From an uncultured Chloroflexia bacterium (lineage in GTDB: Bacteria > Chloroflexota > Anaerolineae > B4-G1 > SLSP01): a stretch of 64,000 bases of DNA. This document shows, piece by piece, positions 45,913-55,895 of this stretch. Positions within the stretch are counted from its first letter, which is position 1, and every line of letters begins with the position of its first letter. The DNA is taken from the NCBI GenBank assembly GCA_963751345.1, contig CAVVUS010000018.1, positions 192,001 through 256,000 of the forward strand, written 5' to 3'. Both the position numbers and the translations under genes were made by a program. The notes under the pieces are model-generated. The model was not told the origin of the DNA and made no database searches. It saw only the letters and a program-made list of their open reading frames with translations.

Positions 45913-48259
45913 ATGGCTATGAGCGAAAGCAAGCTTGCGGGAGGAAGATACGTCGGCAGGGCGTTGCCGCGGTTTGAGGCGCCGGACAAAGTGACGGGCG
46001 ACGCACTCTACCCCGGCGACATCGAAATGGACGGTATGCTGACGATGAAGCTGCTCTTCGCAGGACGCCCCCACGCACGCGTCGTGCGCGTCGATACGTC
46101 AGAGGCAGAGGCACTGCCCGGAGTGGTTGCCGTCTTCACTTCCGCTGATGTGCCGGTCAACGAGTATGGCCTGCAGTACCCCGACCAACCGGTCCTCTGT
46201 GGCCCGCCGGGACAGTGGACGAAACTTGAGAAGGCCGGGACCGACGTCGTGCGCTTTGTTGGGGACCAGGTTGCCGCCGTGGTTGCCGAGGATGAGGACG
46301 TGGCGGAACATGCACTGGACTTGATTCGGGTGACCTATGAAGATCTGCCGCCGGTCACCGATCCCCGCGAAGCGCTTAAGTCTGGTGCGCCGGTGCTGCA
46401 TCCTGCCTATCCCGGCATCTCCATCCACCCGGAGTTGGTCTTTGAGGGTAACCTCGTCTCGCGCCACACGATCCTGCGTGGGGATGTCGAATCGGCGTTG
46501 CTGGAAGCCGATGTGGTCGTGGAATCCACGTACGAGGTGCCGGGGCAGGAGCACGCTTACCTGCAGCCGGAGGCGGGTCTGGCGTACGTCGATGATGAGG
46601 GCCGGCTCACGGTGGTGGTCGCGGGCCAATGGGCTCACGAGGATCGCGCGCAGATCGCACACGCCCTGGATTTGCCCGAGGACGGAATCCGCGTGATTTA
46701 CCCCGCGATTGGCGGGGCCTTCGGCGGACGAGAGGATATGTCCGTGCAGATCGTGTTGGCGCTGGCGGTTCAACGCCTGGGGCGGCCGGTCACGATCACC
46801 TGGAGCCGCGAGGAATCTATAGTCGGCCATCACAAGCGGCATAGCCTCTTTGCCCGCGCGCGTTGGGCTGCGACACGCGACGGGAAGACTGCTCGCGGCC
46901 GACTGTGAGGTGGTGGCGGACGCGGGGGCCTACGTCTATACCACCAACAAAGTGATGGGCAACGTCTTGCTGTCGATCAACGGCCCTTACCGCATCCCCA
47001 ACGTTCGCACGAGCGTGCTGGCGGCCTACACCAACAATGTGCCGGGTGGCGCATTTCGGGGTTTTGGGGCGCCGCAGGGCAATTTCGTCGCCGAATCGCA
47101 GATGAACAAATTGGCAGAAGCTCTGGACATAGATCCTGTGATGCTGCGCCTGCAGAACCTCGTCGCCGACGGTGAGCCGATGCCGTGGGGTAAACCTCTG
47201 ACCGACGACGCTCGTGGTCTTCGTCAGAGCCTGATCGCTGCGGCGGAAGCTGTGGGATGGCATCGAGCCGGAGATGCAGACCTCGGTGGAGCTGCCGCCG
47301 GTGAAGTTCGAGGCTCGGGAGAGGAAAGCGAGATCTGGATTGCCCCGGAGTTGGGCGTGCGACGTGGGGACCCTCCCTATCTTCGGCGTGGGTTGGGGAT
47401 CGCGCTGGCCTTTAAGAACGTGGGGTTCTCGTTTGGGTATCAGGATAATGCCTGGGCGGGTGTCGAGCTGTACGGAAAAGCCGAGATCGAGCGGGTGATT
47501 GCCTATGCTGCGAGTGCTGACGTGGGACAGGGAGCCAGGACGGTTGTCCGGCAGATGTTCGCTGAGGCCCTCGACGTCGATATCGACTTAGTCGAGCTTC
47601 GCCCGGTGGATACGACCTTGACCGGCAGCTCGGGCTCCTCCTCGGCCTCGCGCATGACCTTTATGATCGGCAATGCGATCCGCGGCGCGGCTGAGGGAGC
47701 GCTCAACAAATGGCGCGACGAGGAGCGCCCCGCCAAGGCAGAGTACACCTACCTCTCGCCCAAGACGACGCAGATCGATGCGGAGACGGGCTACGGACAT
47801 CCGAATTTCTCCTATGGCTATGCCGCCATTGCCGCTGAGGTCGCGGTCGACCTGCAGACGGGCGCCTGCATCTATCCGCGGATCGTGTGTGCTAACGATG
47901 TGGGTCGGGCGATCAATCCCAGACTCGTCGAGGGACAGGTGGAAGGCGGCGTCGTTCAGGCGCTCGGTTGGGCCACGACGGAGCATTTCGTGCAGCGTGA
48001 TGGGATACCGCTCTCCCGGTCGTTCAGCACCTACCTTATGCCCACGATCGAGGACATTCCCGAGCAGGTCAGGTCGATTCTCATCCAGAACCCGGAGGTG
48101 CACGGGCCGTGGGGGGCCCGCGGCATGGGGGAGATGCCCTTCATCGCCGTGGCCTCGGCGCTCCACCATGCACTGCGGCAAGCCACCGGTGTCTGGTATA
48201 ATGCCTTCCCGTTCAACTCTGAACGAATTCTTCGGGGGCTCAGTGGGACTCGCTCCTAG
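45913..48259 (+). CDS. Xanthine dehydrogenase family molybdopterin-binding subunit; frameshift near 46888
   Basis: KVTG..YPGD, VRFVGD, EHAYLQPE, IGGAFGGRE, AFRGFGAPQ, DVGQG, DVGRAINP..VEGQVEGG, GARGMGE. Confidence 0.9.
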
Positions 48260-48271
48260 GTAGGGGGAAGC

Positions 48272-48334
48272 AATGCTGGATGGCGAATGCTGGATACCGG
48301 ATTTCGGAAGCCGGATGGTAGATTGAAGATGCGT
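48272..48334. repeat. 7-bp periodic repeats (consensus GATGCYG)
   Basis: aatgctg gatggcg aatgctg gataccg gatttcg gaagccg gatggta gattgaa gatgcgt. Confidence 0.6.
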
Positions 48335-50056
48335 AGAGCCGCATCCCTTCACCACGCTCATTTCCTGCCTCTGCGGGCGCTCTCTCTGCTGGTCCTTGTG
48401 ATGCTCCTCGGCGGCTGCGCGGATCTCGCGCAGTTGTTGCCCGCGGGGGGCGGCGAGACCCCGGTGCCGGCATTCATCGCGCCCACTGCCGAGGCCGCCT
48501 ATCCTCCTACTGCGTCGACCGCCGCGCGCATCCAGGACCGGGGGGCTATCGTGGTTGGCGTGCGTTACGATCTCGAACCATTTTCTTATATCAGTGGAGA
48601 CAGCGAATTAGCCGGCCTGGATATTGACCTGATCCGGGAGCTCGCCCGGCGTTGGCTTGGCTCCTCTGATGCCGTCCGCTTTCGCCAGGTGCGTTCGGAC
48701 TCGGCCTACCAGTACCTTGCCGATGGCTCCGTCGACCTTGTACTGGCAGGACTGGTGCACACGCAAGATGCCGAGGCCCGCGCCGATTTCAGCCCGCCCT
48801 ACTTCGCCGATGGCATGGCGATTCTGACGTTCCCCGATAGCGGTATCACGGGTCTCGCCGATCTGGGCGCGAAGCGCGTTGGGACTGTGACGTGGACGGG
48901 GAGTGCCGATGCGCTTGCAGCCTCGGCTCCGGTCACGCCCACCTATGTTTCCTATGGGAATTACTTCGACGTCGTGGAGGCGCTTCGAACACGCCAGATC
49001 GACGCCTACGTCGACGAGCATCATCGCCTTGAGCGCGCGCGGCGCTCTGTCACCGGATCTATCCTTGTGGGACAGTGGACTCAAGAGCCGGTGGCGATGA
49101 TATTCCGGCAGGACGATCCATTCTTCTACAACCTTGTTGAGTTGACCTTCCTCGATATGGCAGCCGATGGTACCCGGGATGCCCTCTACGACCGTTGGCT
49201 CCCCGGTACATCGCCACCATCGTTGATTCGCCTTCCGGGGAGCGCACCGGCCCCCGCGCTTTCCGAATCACCGCCGGAACTCAGCACGCTCGATGTCGTG
49301 GGACGCATCCGGGATCGCGGGTCGCTTGCGGTCGGGTACTTCCAGGATCGGTGGCCTTACAGTGCGGACCGGGCCGACGGTGTCCCGACCGGGTTTGAGC
49401 TCAGGTTGCTGGAGCGGATGGCCGAGCTGTGGTTGGGGAGTACCTCAGCCGTGACGTTTGTGCCTGTCGTCAGTGAGGCCGACGCCTTGCAGCGTCTCGA
49501 TCGGGGTGAGATAGATCTACTCGCGGGCGACTGGGTGCATACCCGCGATGCTGAACTGCGCTATGATTTCTCGATTCCCATCCTCGACGATGGGGTGAGT
49601 ATTCTGTCCCTGGCGTCGAATCCTGTAGACGACTTGACGCAACTCAGCGGCCAATCCGTTGGGGTGGTGGCCGGCGGCAGCGCCGAAGCCGCGGTGCCCA
49701 CTCTGTCACAGGGGATAGGGCTCTCCGCGGAGGGTTATCCTACCTTCGATGCTGCATTAGCCGGGCTGCAGGCAGGTGAGGTGGCCGCTTTGCTCACGGA
49801 ACGGCTTCCTGCGCTCGGTGTTGCCTTCCGGGAAACCGGGTATGTTGTCACCGACAGCAGGTACACCTTCCGGCCTGTCGCCTACGTACTTCCGCAGGGC
49901 GACTCTGACTTCCGCGATCTCGTCAACCTGACACTGATGGCCCTCCAAGCGCAGGGTGGTTACCAGGAGCTCTACAGCCTCTGGTTTGATGACCCTGTGC
50001 CCGCGCTCGTTGCGTGGCCGGGTCAGGCCGCGATCTCACTCTCGGTCGGGCCGTAG
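48329..50056 (+). CDS. Lipoprotein with two tandem polar-amino-acid ABC substrate-binding domains (SBP_bac_3)
   Basis: Lipobox LGGC; RIQDRGAIVVG..PFSY...G.DIDL and RIRDRGSLAVG..PYS...GFELRL repeats. Confidence 0.82.
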   Translation: MRRAASLHHAHFLPLRALSLLVLVMLLGGCADLAQLLPAGGGETPVPAFIAPTAEAAYPPTASTAARIQDRGAIVVGVRYDLEPFSYISGDSELAGLDIDLIRELARRWLGSSDAVRFRQVRSDSAYQYLADGSVDLVLAGLVHTQDAEARADFSPPYFADGMAILTFPDSGITGLADLGAKRVGTVTWTGSADALAASAPVTPTYVSYGNYFDVVEALRTRQIDAYVDEHHRLERARRSVTGSILVGQWTQEPVAMIFRQDDPFFYNLVELTFLDMAADGTRDALYDRWLPGTSPPSLIRLPGSAPAPALSESPPELSTLDVVGRIRDRGSLAVGYFQDRWPYSADRADGVPTGFELRLLERMAELWLGSTSAVTFVPVVSEADALQRLDRGEIDLLAGDWVHTRDAELRYDFSIPILDDGVSILSLASNPVDDLTQLSGQSVGVVAGGSAEAAVPTLSQGIGLSAEGYPTFDAALAGLQAGEVAALLTERLPALGVAFRETGYVVTDSRYTFRPVAYVLPQGDSDFRDLVNLTLMALQAQGGYQELYSLWFDDPVPALVAWPGQAAISLSVGP

Positions 50057-50193
50057 CCTGTCTCAGGGCCCGGATTAGTGATTGTATCGCCACCTCCGAA
50101 TCTACAGCTATCTCGCTTGCCGTTTTTGCTCTCACGTGTACGCCTGTATTGAAAACACCTCGTCTTTTCATCCGCTTGTGGTAAAATAACTAG

Positions 50194-51234
50194 GTGAATC
50201 AGGCAAGTGTATCCCACGAAGAATCACGTCGTCCGATGGGCACCCTGGCCTGCATTACCACGGGGTTTGAGGTCGCTGCACGGAATCCTGTACTCATTGT
50301 CTTGCCCTTGATGCTGGATCTGTTCCTCTGGTTGGGTCCGCGGCTGTCGATCGCTCCGATTTTGCAGGGCGTCATGGTGTTCCTCAACCAGTGGCTGCAG
50401 GTTGATCCGTCCTCAGTCCAGGCCTCCGACGCTGCCTCGTTGCTCAGTCAGATCCTCGAGGAGCTAAGCAAGAGTTTCAACCTCTTCTCGCTGCTCCATC
50501 CGGCTCCGTTGCTGGGTGTGCCGGTGCTGATGTCGGGACGGTTGTCGGCGGTGAGCCCCTTGGGTCCCCAGCCGGCTGTGGAGATAGCATCGATGCTCCT
50601 GCTGTTGGCGTGTGCCGTGGTGCTGACGGTTGCGGGGTTGGGGCTCAGTTCGCTCTATCTGGAGGTCGTTGGGCGCCGCGTAATCTCGGAGACCGATTCG
50701 CCTCTGCCGGGCCCGATGTCTATGTGGGTAATCTGGCAGCAGTTTGTCAAGCTCGCTCTTCTGCTCTTCGTTATTTTGTTCTCATTTTCGATGGTGCTCT
50801 CGTTTTTCGCCGGCCTGATTGGCTTTCTCAGTCTAACACTCGCCGGCCTGGTGATGACGTTGGCTTCATCGGTCGTGCTGTTTATCGGCGTGCACTTGCT
50901 TTTTACCGTGCCCGGCATCGTGCTTTTGCGGCGGGGATTGCTGCGGGCGATGAAAGAGAGCTTGCTGCTCACCAGAGGCGATTTCATTAACGTTATCTTT
51001 CTCCTTGGGCTGATCCTCGTGATCTCTCGGGGGTTAGGCGTGGTCTGGGCGCTGCCCGAGGCGGCGTCCTGGGCGACGATTGTGGGACTGGCAGGACACG
51101 CTTTTGTCAGTACCGCGCTGACGGCGGCGCTTCTGGTCTTCTACCAGGAGCGGCTGAGATACCTTGGTAGCCTGCAACAGCTCTCCGCTGCCCAGCCCGG
51201 TGAGGCAAAAGCACATCCGGTAGCTGGCGAGTGA
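50194..51234 (+). CDS. Hypothetical integral membrane protein
   Basis: Multiple hydrophobic helices; extended -10 TGGTAAAAT 6 nt before the GTG start. Confidence 0.7.
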   Translation: MNQASVSHEESRRPMGTLACITTGFEVAARNPVLIVLPLMLDLFLWLGPRLSIAPILQGVMVFLNQWLQVDPSSVQASDAASLLSQILEELSKSFNLFSLLHPAPLLGVPVLMSGRLSAVSPLGPQPAVEIASMLLLLACAVVLTVAGLGLSSLYLEVVGRRVISETDSPLPGPMSMWVIWQQFVKLALLLFVILFSFSMVLSFFAGLIGFLSLTLAGLVMTLASSVVLFIGVHLLFTVPGIVLLRRGLLRAMKESLLLTRGDFINVIFLLGLILVISRGLGVVWALPEAASWATIVGLAGHAFVSTALTAALLVFYQERLRYLGSLQQLSAAQPGEAKAHPVAGE

Positions 51235-51265
51235 TGTGCTCCTCCAGGTGTGAGTGTGGGAAAAC

Positions 51266-53198
51266 ATGGCTGTAAAAACTAACAACGCGGTAAAATACGA
51301 CGCATCAACCATCCAGGTACTGGAGGGGCTTGAGGCGGTACGTCGTCGCCCCGGCATGTACGTTGGGGGGACCGATATCCGGGCGCTGCATCACCTCGTC
51401 TACGAGGTCGTGGATAACTCGATCGACGAAGCATTGGCAGAGGCCTGCGATCACATCCGCATCATCATCGAGCCGAACCTCACCGTCTCCGTCATTGATA
51501 ATGGACGTGGTATCCCTGTCGGGATCCATCCCGAGAAGGGGATTTCGGCTCTGACGCTGGTATTGACGACGCTCCATGCCGGCGGGAAGTTCGATGGCGG
51601 CGGCTACAAGGTCTCCGGTGGCCTGCACGGCGTCGGCGTCTCCGCGGTGAATGCGCTCTCTGAATGGATGGAAGTGACCGTGCGGTCGGACGACGGCAAG
51701 GTCTACCGCCAGCGCTTCGAACGCGGCGTGCCGGTCTCCGGTGTGGAAGAGGTCGGCACGTGCGACCCCGAGGATACCGGCACCACCGTCACCTTCCGCT
51801 TCGATCCTGTGATTTTCACCGACGAGACGGCGACCTACAGCTTCGAGACGTTGGCGCAGCGCTTCCGGGAGATGGCATTTGTCACACGGGGTGTGGCCAT
51901 CGATCTGATCGATCGCCGCGAGAGCCCATCACGGCGGATGTCGTTCTACTTCGAGGGTGGCATCCGCTCGTTCGTCAAGTACCTCGACCGCAACCGGCAA
52001 CCGCTACACGAGCCGCTCTATATCGAGAAGGAAGTTGACGGCGTGGTCGTGGAGGTTGCCCTCCAGTACAGCGACACTTTCACCGAGACGGTGCTCTGTT
52101 TCGCCAACACGATCAACACAATCGATGGCGGTTCGCACATGACCGGGTTCCGCTCCGCGATCACGCGGGCGATCAACGATGCGGGCCGCAAGCTCTCGGT
52201 GCTGCGAGAGAGCGATGCCAACCTGAGCGGCGACGATGTCCGCGAGGGGCTGACAGCCGTGATCAGCGTCAAGGTGGCAGAGCCCCAGTTTGAGAGCCAG
52301 ACCAAAGTGAAGTTGATGAACCCCGAGGTCCGCTTTGCCGTCGAGACGGTGACCAGCGACGCGATCTCGGAGTTTTTCGAGACCGACCCCAAGGCAGCGC
52401 GCCGCATCGTGGAAAAGGGCCTCACGGCGCTCAAGGCGCGCGCGGCTGCGCGGAAGGCCCGTGACCTCGTCATCCGCAAGAGCGCGTTGGAGAGCATGAC
52501 GCTCCCTGGCAAGCTTGCGGACTGCTCCAGCCGCGATTCCAGCATCAGTGAGATCTTCATCGTCGAGGGTGACTCGGCAGGTGGTTCGGCCAAACAGGGG
52601 CGCGACCGCCAGTTCCAGGCGATTCTCCCGCTTCGGGGCAAGATCCTCAACACCGAGCGCGCGGGGCTCAACAAAATCCTCGAGCAACCGTGAGATCCAG
52701 GCGATTATCTCCGCACTGGGCTGTGGGATCGGAGATCAATTTGGGGTTGAGGGCCTGCGCTACGACCGCGTGATTATCATGACAGATGCTGACGTGGATG
52801 GGGCGCACATCACCACGTTGCTGCTGACCTTCTTCTTCCGCTATATGACACCGCTGATCGAGACGGGACACCTCTACATCGCCCAGCCGCCGCTCTACCT
52901 GGTCAAGGCGGGGCGGGAGGAGCAGTACGTCTACGCCGAGACCGACCTCGCCCGGACGATCCGCGAGCTGTCTGGTCGGAAGTACTCGCTTCAGCGTTAC
53001 AAGGGTCTGGGCGAGATGAATCCCGATCAGCTTTGGGACACCACGATGGATCCCGGGCAGCGGACGCTGGTCCGCGTGCGGATCGAGGACGCGGTCGAGG
53101 CCGATCGGGTGTTCGATATGCTGATGGGCAGTTCGGTGCCGCCACGCCGCAAGTTCATCCAGTCCCACGCGCAAGAGGTACAGAACCTCGACGTGTAG
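51266..53198 (+). CDS. gyrB: DNA gyrase subunit B; frameshift near 52685
   Basis: [67 protein letters not shown], ...NLDV. Confidence 0.95.
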
Positions 53199-53269
53199 CG
53201 GGCCTCCCTATAGGTTCCGATTGACGATTAGCCTTATGGCGTTCGCCACCACCAGCAATACAGATCTTC

Positions 53270-53316
53270 CTTCGCGGGATCGAACGCTCTGGCCTGAGCC
53301 GTTCGATCCCGCGAAG
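53270..53316. repeat. 17-bp perfect inverted repeat between convergent gyrB and TIR genes (terminator/REP-like)
   Basis: CTTCGCGGGATCGAACG-13 nt-CGTTCGATCCCGCGAAG. Confidence 0.6.
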
Positions 53317-53380
53317 CTTGAAAGCTGACCCGGGCGCGAAGAAGTCCTGGAACAACGAACTCTTATTCTCCTTCGCTTAC

Positions 53381-53433
53381 GTCTAACGGTGCGCATCAGC
53401 GGCAGCGCACAGCGACGTCTGCTGTTGCTAAAC
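53381..53433 (-). mobile_element. Degenerate integron attC-like site
   Basis: Minus strand: GTTTAGC (R'', 1 mismatch to RYYYAAC)...GCAGACG.CGCTGTGCG.TGCCGCTGATGCGCACC GTTAGAC (R', GTTRRRY), 9 nt after the TIR stop codon. Confidence 0.6.
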
Positions 53434-53442
53434 GCCCTGCTC

Positions 53443-54286
53443 TTACAGGGCTTTGTTCATATCTACAGGTAGTCCAGCGGCCTTCAGTTCCTTGGCCATC
53501 TGCAGCCGCCAGCCACCCTCCGCGTCAAGCTTGACGTAGAGTACTCCTGAGTAGTCGGAAGGAATCTCGACGCCCTCTACATAAAGGGCACACACACGAG
53601 ACCTTCCGAGCCTCCCGAGGAAGAACCCGAGTTCAAGGATCACGTTCTGTCGCGCACGAGGACGCAGTTGGTCATTCGATGCTGTTGCCAGACCACCGTG
53701 ATCGTCTCCAGTCAGAAGTACGACTGCGAAGCCTACGTCGCTGTAGTCTTCAAACTTCTCAATGATAGTCCAACCGCGATTGGGCTGCTCGCGAAGTAGA
53801 ATTACCTCTTGATCCAGCTTTTCGAGGAAGCGCGCCACCCCCTGGATTGCTCCCTCGTCGTGGCCATGCACTAGGAAAATCTGATGGCCCTTTTGTGCGT
53901 TTGCCGACACGCCGGAGACAGCGCCGGTCTCTTGGAGTTGCCTCTCCGTCTTGAGCAGTTCGATCAATCCCTCAAGACGGGTGAGTTGCGTTTGAAGGCT
54001 TTCGGCCCGTTGATTTTCCCACCATCTTTCACCTGCGTTCATCGGGAAAGCCCCGGACTTTCCCACATTCGTCACGCTGTCTACGTTCGATGAGTAATCG
54101 GCCGAACGCCTTCTCAAGATAATTCCGGGTAACCAGCTCCCACTGCCCATACGAATCATCGGTGAGAGGACGCGACTGCAGGAGTTCGTGCCCCTTCTGG
54201 AGTTGCTCCTCCAGAAGGTGGATCCCTGTAGCAGGATCGACCTGCGGGCGTTCGGTAGGATCTGACTCATTCCGTCTGCGTGTCAC
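53443..54286 (-). CDS. TIR-like nucleotide-binding protein (CAP12/Pycsar-type TIR) with N-terminal helical domain; frameshift near 54100
   Basis: IFLVHGHD, EQPNRGWTIIEKFE, FAVVLLTGDD, RARQNVILELGFF (catalytic Glu), EIPSDYSG; removing one C joins ...KAFG to DYSSN... Confidence 0.85.
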
Positions 54287-54311
54287 TCTGTCTCCTTCTA
54301 CACCGCTCTGT

Positions 54312-54340
54312 GCGTCTACTTATGATGTATATTAGTTCGA
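54312..54340 (-). mobile_element. attI-like cassette junction
   Basis: Minus strand AACTAATATACATCATAAGTAGACGC; TAGACGC is complementary (6/7) to GCGTTTA at the R'' end of the downstream attC. Confidence 0.4.
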
Positions 54341-54401
54341 GATCGCGGATTTGGTAACCCAATCTGGTTATTCGAGGGTCTTTTCTGTTTTCGCTGTCCT
54401 A

Positions 54402-54465
54402 TTGCATTTTGGATCGATCAACGATAGAATATAGATGATTAACCTATAGGGTAAATCGGTTAATC
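54402..54465 (+). promoter_or_regulatory. higBA promoter and putative HigA operator
   Basis: TTGCAT-17-TAGAAT (54402-54430); half sites GATTAACC 54437-44, GGTAAATC 54450-57, GGTTAATC 54458-65. Confidence 0.6.
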
Positions 54466-54484
54466 TGACATAGAGGAGCGTCTC

Positions 54485-54781
54485 TTGCGTTTTCGCTTCG
54501 CTTCCTCCAAACTCCTCAATCTCTACCAAGAAGAGAAAGGGGCGCACAGGTATCCGTCATCTGTGGTCGCCGCCTTCTTCGAAGTCATGGATGTTATTGA
54601 CAGCGCCGCGGATGAGCGTGATCTCTATGCCTTGAGGAGCTTGCGATACGAGAAGCTCAAAGGTGATCGCAGTGGCCGGTATTCGATGCGGTTGAATAGG
54701 CAGTTCAGGCTTGTTCTTGAGCGTGTACGTGATGAAGAAGGGCTTTATCTACTGATCACCGATATCGAGGACTATCATTAA
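54485..54781 (+). CDS. higB: HigB-like RelE/ParE-family toxin
   Basis: LRYEKLKGDRSGRYSMRLNRQFRLV...DYH; toxin-first order; TTG start after GAGGAG. Confidence 0.85.
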   Translation: MRFRFASSKLLNLYQEEKGAHRYPSSVVAAFFEVMDVIDSAADERDLYALRSLRYEKLKGDRSGRYSMRLNRQFRLVLERVRDEEGLYLLITDIEDYH

Positions 54782-54794
54782 GGATGGAGAAGAG

Positions 54795-55895
54795 ATGAGT
54801 GCGAGACCGATACCTGCCCGGGTTCCGCCGCCTGGCCATATGATCCGCCGGGAGATAGAGGCGCGGGGCTGGACCCAGAAGGACCTAGCGAATATTATGG
54901 ACCGCCCGGAGAAGACGGTCAGCGAGATCGTGAACGGGCACAAGCAGATAACGCCCGAGACGGCGCTGCAGTTGGCTGCCGCTTTCGGGACGTCGGCCGA
55001 TCTATGGCTTAATCTGGAGACGAACTATCAGCTCTTCTTGGCCCGTCAGGCGCAGGATCTATCCGACGTCCAGCGCAAAAGCAGACTCTACAGTGCAGTG
55101 CCGCTGACTGAAATCACTCGCCATGGCTGGGTTCAAACGCGGAGTACTCTAGGCGAACTCGAACAAGAGGTATGTGAGTTTCTAGGTGTAGCTTCACTGG
55201 ATGAACGGCCTGCAGTGGCGGTCAGCCTGCGCCAAAGTGAGGCTCACGATCCTGAAGTAGCTGCCGAGGTGGCCTGGGTCAAGCGCGTAGAGCATCTGGC
55301 GCGTGAACAGACCGTTGGTGCCTTTGGGCAAGGACTCCTCTACGAGGATCTTCCTCACCTTCTCACCTATGCATCACAAGCGGCAGGCGTGACGAAGGTG
55401 TCCGATTTTCTGCGCGAGCACGGGGTTCACTTCCTGATCGTACCCCATCTGGAGCAAACTTATATCGATGGGGCCGCGTTCAGCGTCGATGATCACCCGG
55501 TCATTGCCTTGACCTTGCGGTATGATCGTATCGACAATTTCTGGTTCACGCTCTTGCACGAAGTGGCCCACGTCGTCGCCGGACACGGGGAAGGATATCT
55601 CGATAATTTGGACGAACCGTCCGAAAGCCCTGAGGAGGCGGAGGCCAATCAGATGGCACAGGACTGGCTCGTTGACCGTGGGGCATTGGCCGAATTCGTG
55701 GAGGCAACCCGACCGTATTTTTCCCAAGCGAAGATCGAGACTTTCGCCGCCAGTCTCGGACGCCATCCTGGCATTGTCGTGGGACGACTGCACCACGATA
55801 GGGTGATCGACTATAAGCACTCCCGCCGTTCCCTGATCAAGGTGTCTGATTTTCTCAAAGCTTGGATTGACGTGCCCGAACCTGAGGACGCTTAG
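54795..55895 (+). CDS. higA: HigA antitoxin (XRE HTH) fused to ImmA/IrrE-like metallopeptidase domain
   Basis: PPG...RGWTQKDLA...ITPETALQL...WLNLETNY; FWFTLLHEVAH (HExxH), EEAEAN. Confidence 0.85.
   Translation: MSARPIPARVPPPGHMIRREIEARGWTQKDLANIMDRPEKTVSEIVNGHKQITPETALQLAAAFGTSADLWLNLETNYQLFLARQAQDLSDVQRKSRLYSAVPLTEITRHGWVQTRSTLGELEQEVCEFLGVASLDERPAVAVSLRQSEAHDPEVAAEVAWVKRVEHLAREQTVGAFGQGLLYEDLPHLLTYASQAAGVTKVSDFLREHGVHFLIVPHLEQTYIDGAAFSVDDHPVIALTLRYDRIDNFWFTLLHEVAHVVAGHGEGYLDNLDEPSESPEEAEANQMAQDWLVDRGALAEFVEATRPYFSQAKIETFAASLGRHPGIVVGRLHHDRVIDYKHSRRSLIKVSDFLKAWIDVPEPEDA

Noticed and set aside
46880-46910. Selenocysteine readthrough of the TGA ending the first Xdh piece (likewise mutY, gyrB)
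   Set aside because: The protein continues in a different frame, so this is an indel rather than UGA recoding.
51266-53198. Calling gyrB, mutY, rlmN and xdh pseudogenes or programmed frameshifts
   Set aside because: No slippery sites seen, motifs intact, essential gene affected; sequencing error is more likely.
54313-54340. dif/XerCD site (ATGA-TGTATA-TTAG)
   Set aside because: Only the central hexamer fits and the XerD arm TTATGTTAAA is absent; the attI-like reading explains it better.
53206-54451. 11-bp inverted pair CCCTATAGGTT / AACCTATAGGG as transposon ends around the TIR gene
   Set aside because: Does not extend, no transposase or target duplication, and the right copy is part of the higBA operator.
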